From contig OX597832.1 of NCBI GenBank assembly GCA_951406725.2, positions 30,504,001 to 30,568,000 of the forward strand: a stretch of 64,000 nt of DNA, read 5' to 3'. Position 1 is the first letter of the stretch. Every line of letters begins with the position of its first letter. Source of the DNA: Octopus vulgaris (Eukaryota). Made by a program: the position numbers and the translations under genes. Under the pieces are notes generated by a model, which saw only the letters and a program-made list of their open reading frames with translations, was not told where the DNA came from and made no database searches. This document shows, one piece after another, positions 57,462 through 64,000 of the stretch.

Positions 57462-58703
57462 ATGTATGCATTCAATGATCTCATAGTACGTACGTATATC
57501 ATATTTTTATTAACTAATAATTTTCTCGCCTCAGCTGACCCACCGTCAGCAAACTACGACAAACTACAACAATACAAACATGACATTTCTGTCCCAATTA
57601 ATGATTTTACTTTGAAAATATTCAAACAACTTCTTGATTCAAAGACAGGAAACATACTCTGGTCACCATTTCTTGTTAGTATCAGTCTGTCGTTCATTCA
57701 AATGGCTGATAAAATGAACTCTACAGAGAAAATCCAATCTCTGCTTTATCCATCTGTTTCATGGGAATTATTCCATCATAGTTTCACAGAATATTTGAAA
57801 ACTGTTCAAGATTTATCAAATTTCCAGTTATCCAATAAATTATATATTGATCCGGTAATTCTTCCGAACATCAACATTAATATTAGCAAATATTACTTTT
57901 TGGAAATAGATGAAATTAATCCAAGAACTATTGGTAAATTAAGTGATAAGTTCCATAAAAATAGAATCAACAATTTTATGTCATTTGGCAACACAAATGA
58001 AGAAATATTTGCTGTATTGGTGAACAGCTTGCATTTCCAAGGATTTTGGGAAAATCAATTTAACCGAAAGTTTACCATGAGAGAAACCTTTTATGTGACA
58101 GAAAAGCAAACAGAAGTTGTTGAAATGATGTATACAGAAAACTATTTTGCTATAAAGTCAGATGAACGTTTTAGTTTTAGGAGTCTAGAAATACCTTTGG
58201 CTGGCAACAGGTTTAGCTTCTACATCATTCTTCCGGATGATATTGAAGGAATTACATCAATAGAAAAACAGCTGACATCACGACTCTTGTGGCAAATTAT
58301 CGCCAATAAGGCTTCTCCGAGAAATGTTGCTTTGATTTTGCCCAAGTTTCAAATGAAATCTAACTTTACTTTTCAAGATATTTTATTCAAAGAAACGACT
58401 GACCATCTCTTCAATTTGGAAAATAACAACTTAACGAATACCCACGTTCACTTAATTGACATTCTTCACCAAGGTTTTCTCAATTTCAATGAACTGGGAA
58501 CAACAAGCAGTCCTGCTACTGTCCGAAAATCGAGTCATTTGATTGAAAAAAAAGCAAAACATGAAACCTCTTTCACTGTTAATCATCCATTTTTATTCTT
58601 TATTGTTGACAAAACTTCTTTCATGATTCTGCATCTGGGAAAATGCACTCACCCTGACAGCAGTACGGTACCCCATCAACAAAATACCCATGATGAGCTT
58701 TGA
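57462..58703 (+). CDS. serpin-family protein with signal peptide and C-terminal HDEL, single coding exon
   Basis: 413-aa ORF from ATG 57462, preceded by ttttccag acceptor at 57453; GNILWSPF, LVNSLHFQGFW, LILPKFQM, NELGT and FTVNHPFLFFI serpin motifs; ends HDEL*. Confidence 0.93.
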   Translation: MYAFNDLIVRTYIIFLLTNNFLASADPPSANYDKLQQYKHDISVPINDFTLKIFKQLLDSKTGNILWSPFLVSISLSFIQMADKMNSTEKIQSLLYPSVSWELFHHSFTEYLKTVQDLSNFQLSNKLYIDPVILPNININISKYYFLEIDEINPRTIGKLSDKFHKNRINNFMSFGNTNEEIFAVLVNSLHFQGFWENQFNRKFTMRETFYVTEKQTEVVEMMYTENYFAIKSDERFSFRSLEIPLAGNRFSFYIILPDDIEGITSIEKQLTSRLLWQIIANKASPRNVALILPKFQMKSNFTFQDILFKETTDHLFNLENNNLTNTHVHLIDILHQGFLNFNELGTTSSPATVRKSSHLIEKKAKHETSFTVNHPFLFFIVDKTSFMILHLGKCTHPDSSTVPHQQNTHDEL

Positions 58704-59207
58704 TTATCTTTTAAAACAAATGAAAACAAGACAGTCTTTGGATTGTATAAATCAAAATTTTCATCACCATTTTAACATGTGTTTTTCTCTGCTGCTGACA
58801 TGGGTTGGATTAATCTCCACTGTTTATCTTCCACGCTTCCATCCTGCAATATTCTCTGATTTGTCCTCAAGCTATTCTCTGTTGTCATTCGAACAAGTCT
58901 ACTTTCCATTATTCAACTTCTGGTGCCTTCTCATCCAATACATACCGTCCATACACAAAGCAGTGTAGCCCCTGCTTCTGTTCGTATTAAGCTAATCTGT
59001 TACAAACCCTCTTACCTTCTCAGCTCATTTAAGATCATCCTTTCATAATGAAAAGCTAAAACTAAAAAATTTTCCTTATTTTTTTTACAGAAAAAAAAAT
59101 AACTCTTAAGTGACCTGAAACAATACTCGTTTATTTCATGAATTTTAATTTTTCCAAGACAAACTCTGTGATAACTCTTCCATCGTTCTTTGTAACAAAT
59201 CACCAGA

Positions 59208-59684
59208 GCATTCTGTTGGTCATATTTATTAAAACCAAGATTTCCAGATAACACAAAAGTATCTCTGGAGATTTAGAAATGATATATATCTAAATCTATC
59301 AGAGAGCTTTATGCAGTAGCAGGATGATAAAGTGATCGTATGTTATCAACTTAATGTGACAGTTCCATAAAAGGGAAGAATGCTAGTGTTATTTAGCTCT
59401 AGGAAACACTGTTTCCTGTTGGACTTGACACATTTCCTGTGTCTCCACTTTGAAAACATAAGGACACAGTAAATGTGTCAAGTCCAACAGGAAACGGTGT
59501 TTCCTTGGGCTAAATAATACTAGCATTCTTCCCTTTTATGGGATGGTCACATTTATCACTTGATCCGTGCTGCTACTGCATAAAGCACTCTTAGAGATTT
59601 AGATATATATCATTTCTAAATCCCCTGAGATGCTTTTGTGTTATCTGGAAATCCTGATTCCAATAAATATGACCAACTGAATGC
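59208..59684. repeat. palindromic MITE-like inverted repeat (~225-bp arms, ~19-nt spacer)
   Basis: gcattctgttggtcatat... / ...atatgaccaactgaatgc with matching arms throughout. Confidence 0.85.
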
Positions 59685-60469
59685 AAATGAGTGCCAGACT
59701 GTAGAAGAAATTCAAAAGTATTTTTATTCAACGGATTTGTATTCTTGTTTGGCTAAAAAAATTTTATCTAAAAGTCTCTTCCGATAAACAATTGACTGCT
59801 GTTGTGAATAAGCAACAGAATTCGAGGAAACTGGAAGTAGTTTGCATCATTCGGTGGACGGTTCTCTTGTGATGAATACTTCTTTGCAATTCATATTTAT
59901 ATTTATTTTCCAACTTTTCAAAGACCAATGCCACTCCTCCACCGTTTCAACATCACAACTACTGTAAGACCCAAAACCTTTTGGAGTGCTAGGTTGATTC
60001 TCTCCAATTGTAAGCAAATTGGAAAATTTACATAAGATTAACAAAAATGTCTGTTCCATGCAATATAGTTTTTAACCACAATCTTAAACTTTGCTCTTCT
60101 CCCTCGATTTATGACCAATTAAATGTCAGTTTACTGGACACAAACAAAGCCTGGAAGCTTTGCCAACTTATCTGCCAGCCTCCTACTCCATCCATGCCTC
60201 TTGTTCCATCACAAATTGTGATTATCATTCCAATTGATCTCCCTGTCTCAGAAACTGAGCAAACTATTTGCCATAGGAACTTAATCTTTCTCTCTTCACA
60301 AGGAAGCTAAAGGAATTCTTCTGCATTAACACCAAACATTTGTTGGATCCCAATGAAAAGCAAAGAAAAAGCGATGACTGTTAAAGATTCCCCCAAGTCT
60401 AAAATGTCACACAAACCGGATGGAGAATTTGTGTTGGTGAAACTCAGCCTATTTATAAACAAGGGCTGC

Positions 60470-62050
60470 TATGACTTAGAGCTGTTCAACTCCAAGAAGC
60501 ACTTCATAAAGTCCAACTCTCCTTTCTTGGATGCAGGTTTTATACAACCTTCTCTCCAGCTACCTATTGCCCTTGTCTGGTCTCCAGAAGCACATTGTTG
60601 TATTCTTCCAGTTCCCAAACTTCTGCAAGGATACCATCCAGACTGCAAACGTTACCACCCTGGATCAATTCAAAAGCATTTTGCAGATCATCAATGGCCA
60701 AAGAATCCTTCTTTATGTCAAATTCTTCTGGAAAGACTGCATCAACATTGCCCTCAGCAATTTCTGGAGGTTTACCTTGACTTCCAAAGAACTTCTCCCA
60801 TGATTCAACTCCCTCATTGACTTTTGATTCCTTAGTCTGGAAATATTTGACTTCTTTCTTCCCCTGATTTTATTTCATGTCTTGCATGTAACTGATGGCT
60901 TCTTGCTTTTAGCTGCATTTCTTCAATCTTCCTTTGCAGATATTCAACTCCATCTTTCTCATAAGCTCATTTTGCTCTTTTTGTAGGCCTCGTTAATCTG
61001 GTTGCATGCTCTAGCTGTTTACAACACTGACAAATCTGAGCCGTTTCCTACGGCTTTTTCTTTTGTACTTCGGATTTATGAGGGATCGTTTCTGATGATG
61101 TTTGCTCGAAATTTGAAGTTGTCGGAAGTGTTGGTTGGTGAGTTTGTCTTGTTTCCCTCTTGAAGAATTTAGTCTGAACAAAGATGACAAAAGTTATTCT
61201 GAATTTCAGAGTCTTTCTTCAGAACCAATCACTTTCGGTGGTATGAAGACTCAGTCAGAATCTCGCAGACACAAATGTGATGATCAGAATTGATACTTGT
61301 GAAACGATGTGTAAGTTCTAAAGATTCTTTTTACAATAATCATGCAATCACTGTGATTTGCTTCCATTGGGGCTGGAAATATCCAGATTTGATTGGATAC
61401 AACATTCCAGAAGAAAATCAGACATAAAAGGTGATTTTCTCCAAGAAAGCCCTTAAATATTCTACCATTTTTATTGGTTTCAGAATGAGTTGAGCCTTAA
61501 CCCTTTAGTGTTCACATTATTCTGCCAAAATTAATGCTTCTTCATCTACTTGTAGCTGAGATTTTGATGAGGTAGCTGTTAATTTTTAAAACGATATTGT
61601 AGGGTTGGTGTGAGAGACCAGATCTGGCCAGTTTGAACATAAAACAGGCTGAATACTTTTGGCCGGACATAACCGGTTTAAATGCTAAAGGATTAAAGTC
61701 ATTTTGGAACTTCTTGTGTAAGAACAGAGAGATCCTCGTATAGACTTTCCTTTCAACCTTTCATGTACAGCCGTAGCAGTTTATGCAGTCTGAGAGTTGT
61801 CTTTGGAATTTGCTGCCATAATCCTTGGAGATATCCTTTCAGTATTGACCAGTGCTTTACGTGCTCAAGAGCTGAGACATTCCAAGAACTGTATTGGTTT
61901 CATTTTTCCAATCTGCCAAAGAAAGTTTCTGGGATGTGTTTTGTTTTCCTTTCGTCAGTCTGTCAAAGTTGACATGACGATAATGTCCAGCCCCAACAGC
62001 ATATGTTTCAACCGTAACAAGATGCACCATACACTACCTTAACATGAGTG
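60470..62050 (-). mobile_element. decayed RTE-type LINE (APE endonuclease and pre-RT region)
   Basis: ERISPRIMAA, TSINSDHHI, LDGILAEVW and WREGCIKPASKKGEL motifs in the expected order with many stops and frameshifts. Confidence 0.75.
61501..61692. mobile_element. piggyBac-like MITE inserted in the LINE
   Basis: TTAA on both flanks; ends ccctttagtgtt / aatgctaaagga. Confidence 0.7.
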
Positions 62051-62251
62051 GCGCTTAGGTGGAGCCGTCATGACCGCTCCAAGCAATACTGGGTCTTTCT
62101 GTTAATTGGAAAGTAGAAAGGAAACAATACAATGAAGAAAGTAAAGTTACTGATGAGACTCAAAAAAAAAAAAAAAAAGTATTGGATGTGACTCTTGAGT
62201 GAAGAGTTTGACACGTCTACGTTTGATATCAAATATAGATCTATCAATTTG

Positions 62252-62635
62252 TACTCTTTTTCTCTTTTACTGGTTTCAGTCATTCGACTGTGGCCATGCT
62301 GAAGCACCGCCTTTAGTCGAGCAAATCGCCCCCAGGACTTAATCTTTGTAAGCCTAGTACTTAATCTATCGGTCTCTTTTGCCGAACTGCTAAGTGATGG
62401 GGACGTAAACACCAGCATCGGTTGTCGAGCAATGTTGGTGGGGACAAACACACACACATATATACACATACATATATACGACAGGCTTCTTTCAGTTTCC
62501 GTCTACCAACTCCACTCACAAGTTTTGGTCAGCCCAAGGCTATAGTAGAAGACACTTGCCCAAGGTGCCACGCAGTGGGACTGAACCCAGAACCATGTGG
62601 TTGGTAAGCAAGCTACTTACCACGCAGCCACTCCT
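62252..62635 (-). mobile_element. SINE family A, full length
   Basis: Homology to family A. Confidence 0.9.
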
Positions 62636-62920
62636 GGATCTGCTAAATAATCTCACCTTTACTTTTCTTCATCTAATTTTTATCCTATAAGCATCATATA
62701 GTAATGACATATTTTAAACGGATTCCTAAATACCAGATTCTGTTTTAGCAGTGTAATAATTTAAATCTGTTAAATGCAATTTACTTGTTTACTTTTCATG
62801 ATTTATTTTATATTTTGAGTATATATTTAGATTGTCTCCAGAGAACCAGAAACTCTAGAAACCTGGGCCACTTTTGGTGCCAAGCTTGATGCATATTTGC
62901 TCCGGTATATTTTTTACTGT

Positions 62921-63092
62921 TAGCATGCCAGGCGAAATGCTTAGCCGTATTTCGTCTGCCGTTACGTTCTGAGTTCAAATTCCACCAAGGTCGACTTTGC
63001 CTTTCATCCTTTTGGGGTCAATATAATCGACTTAATCTCTTTGTTTGTCCCCTCTGTGTTTAGCCCCTTGTGGGTAGTAAAGAAATAGGTAT
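62921..63092 (+). mobile_element. SINE family B
   Basis: Homology to family B. Confidence 0.85.
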
Positions 63093-63563
63093 ATTTTTTA
63101 ATGTGTTTGTGTGAATCTCTGGTTCTCCTTCATATTTCCCATTAGTAAATTCTGGCAACACCCCAAAGTGTGAATGGTAAACAAAGCAGCAATCTGCGAC
63201 CAAGATGCAACAAGTATGTATTTACCGTTCCTTTACTTCTAGAAATCAATAGTTAATTTCTCATCTAACGATTCATCTGATGTCTGATGATGAAAAGTAA
63301 AATAATTGACTTCTTATCACTTATAGATTGCAGGAGTTTAGCTAATATTAAAATGCGATCATGATAGTTTGATGTTGCACGAAAAGAACGTAAGATAAAA
63401 GAAGAAAACAATGAAAGCAAGTCTTTATCTATAATCAAAGTAGATTTGTTTTTTAGTTTATTAAAGTTCAGATTTGTTGTTTTTCTTCACTTCAATGGAT
63501 TGGAACACTTGGAATTTCACTGTAAGTTCTTCAACCGTTTCTACTGGATGAAGGCCTGGACAG

Positions 63564-63626
63564 TTATTGCAGTTTCAATTCATCAATCTCTTTCACAATT
63601 TCATCATACTTAGATATTTTTTGTAA
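63564..63626 (-). CDS. candidate terminal coding exon of a gene entering from the right (LQKISKYDEIVKEIDELKLQ*)
   Basis: Strong polypyrimidine ...tttttttccag acceptor, protein-like helical peptide, then TAA; phase 0 assumed. Confidence 0.45.
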   Translation of the reverse strand, partial: LQKISKYDEIVKEIDELKLQ

Positions 63627-63799
63627 CTGGAAAAAAATGAAAAAAATCAATAATCAGACTTCTTAGTTTTACTGAAACTGACAGAAAGACTTCTTAGAAT
63701 GAAGCAACGGTTAACAAAATAGGGGCAGGCATGAAATAAATTCTTGCAAATGCTTGAAAGACTCTTTGGAAGTAGTTGATTACTTCTGATACTGGAATA

Positions 63800-63989
63800 A
63801 CCTATTTCTTTACTACCCACAAAGGGGCTAAACACAGAGAGGACAAACAGATTGTCGATTATATTGACTCCAGTGCGTAACTGGTACTTAATTTATCAAC
63901 CCCAAAAGGATGAAAGGCAAAGTCGACCTCGGCAAAATTTGACCGCTGAGCGTTTCGCCTGGTGTGCTAATGTTTCTGCCAGCTCGCCT
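63800..63989 (-). mobile_element. SINE family B
   Basis: Homology to family B; ctgatactg on both flanks. Confidence 0.85.
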
Positions 63990-64000
63990 GATACTGAAAT

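Noticed and set aside
60353-60820. 155-aa plus-strand ORF
   Set aside because: Antisense to a decayed LINE whose motifs are on the minus strand

Overview
AT-rich, repeat-dense eukaryotic DNA. The SINE families, microsatellite load and gene sparsity look like a coleoid cephalopod, probably Octopus; this is inferred from recognising the repeats and was not verified. Nearly all ORFs in the track are microsatellite artefacts. The one clear gene is a single-coding-exon serpin (57462-58703, +) with a signal peptide, a C-terminal HDEL and an atypical hinge. A few candidate exons of other genes lie on the minus strand. The rest is tRNA-derived SINEs (at least four modular families), mariner/Tc1 relics and MITEs, a Helitron, a Merlin-like element, piggyBac-like and palindromic MITEs, and RTE-, L1/Tx1- and R4/Dong-type LINE fragments. 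The most interesting signal is a set of short elements, mostly next to (TA)n and resembling Penelope pseudo-LTRs, that carry hammerhead-ribozyme cores. Some are ordinary minimal type I hammerheads. Five instances in three sequence families place the three hammerhead strands in an order (NUH strand, GAAA strand, CUGANGA strand) that matches none of types I, II or III. They show covarying 6-bp stem I, covarying stem III and conserved linker lengths, making them a candidate pseudoknotted or permuted hammerhead. All alignments and folds were done by eye, and repeat boundaries are approximate.
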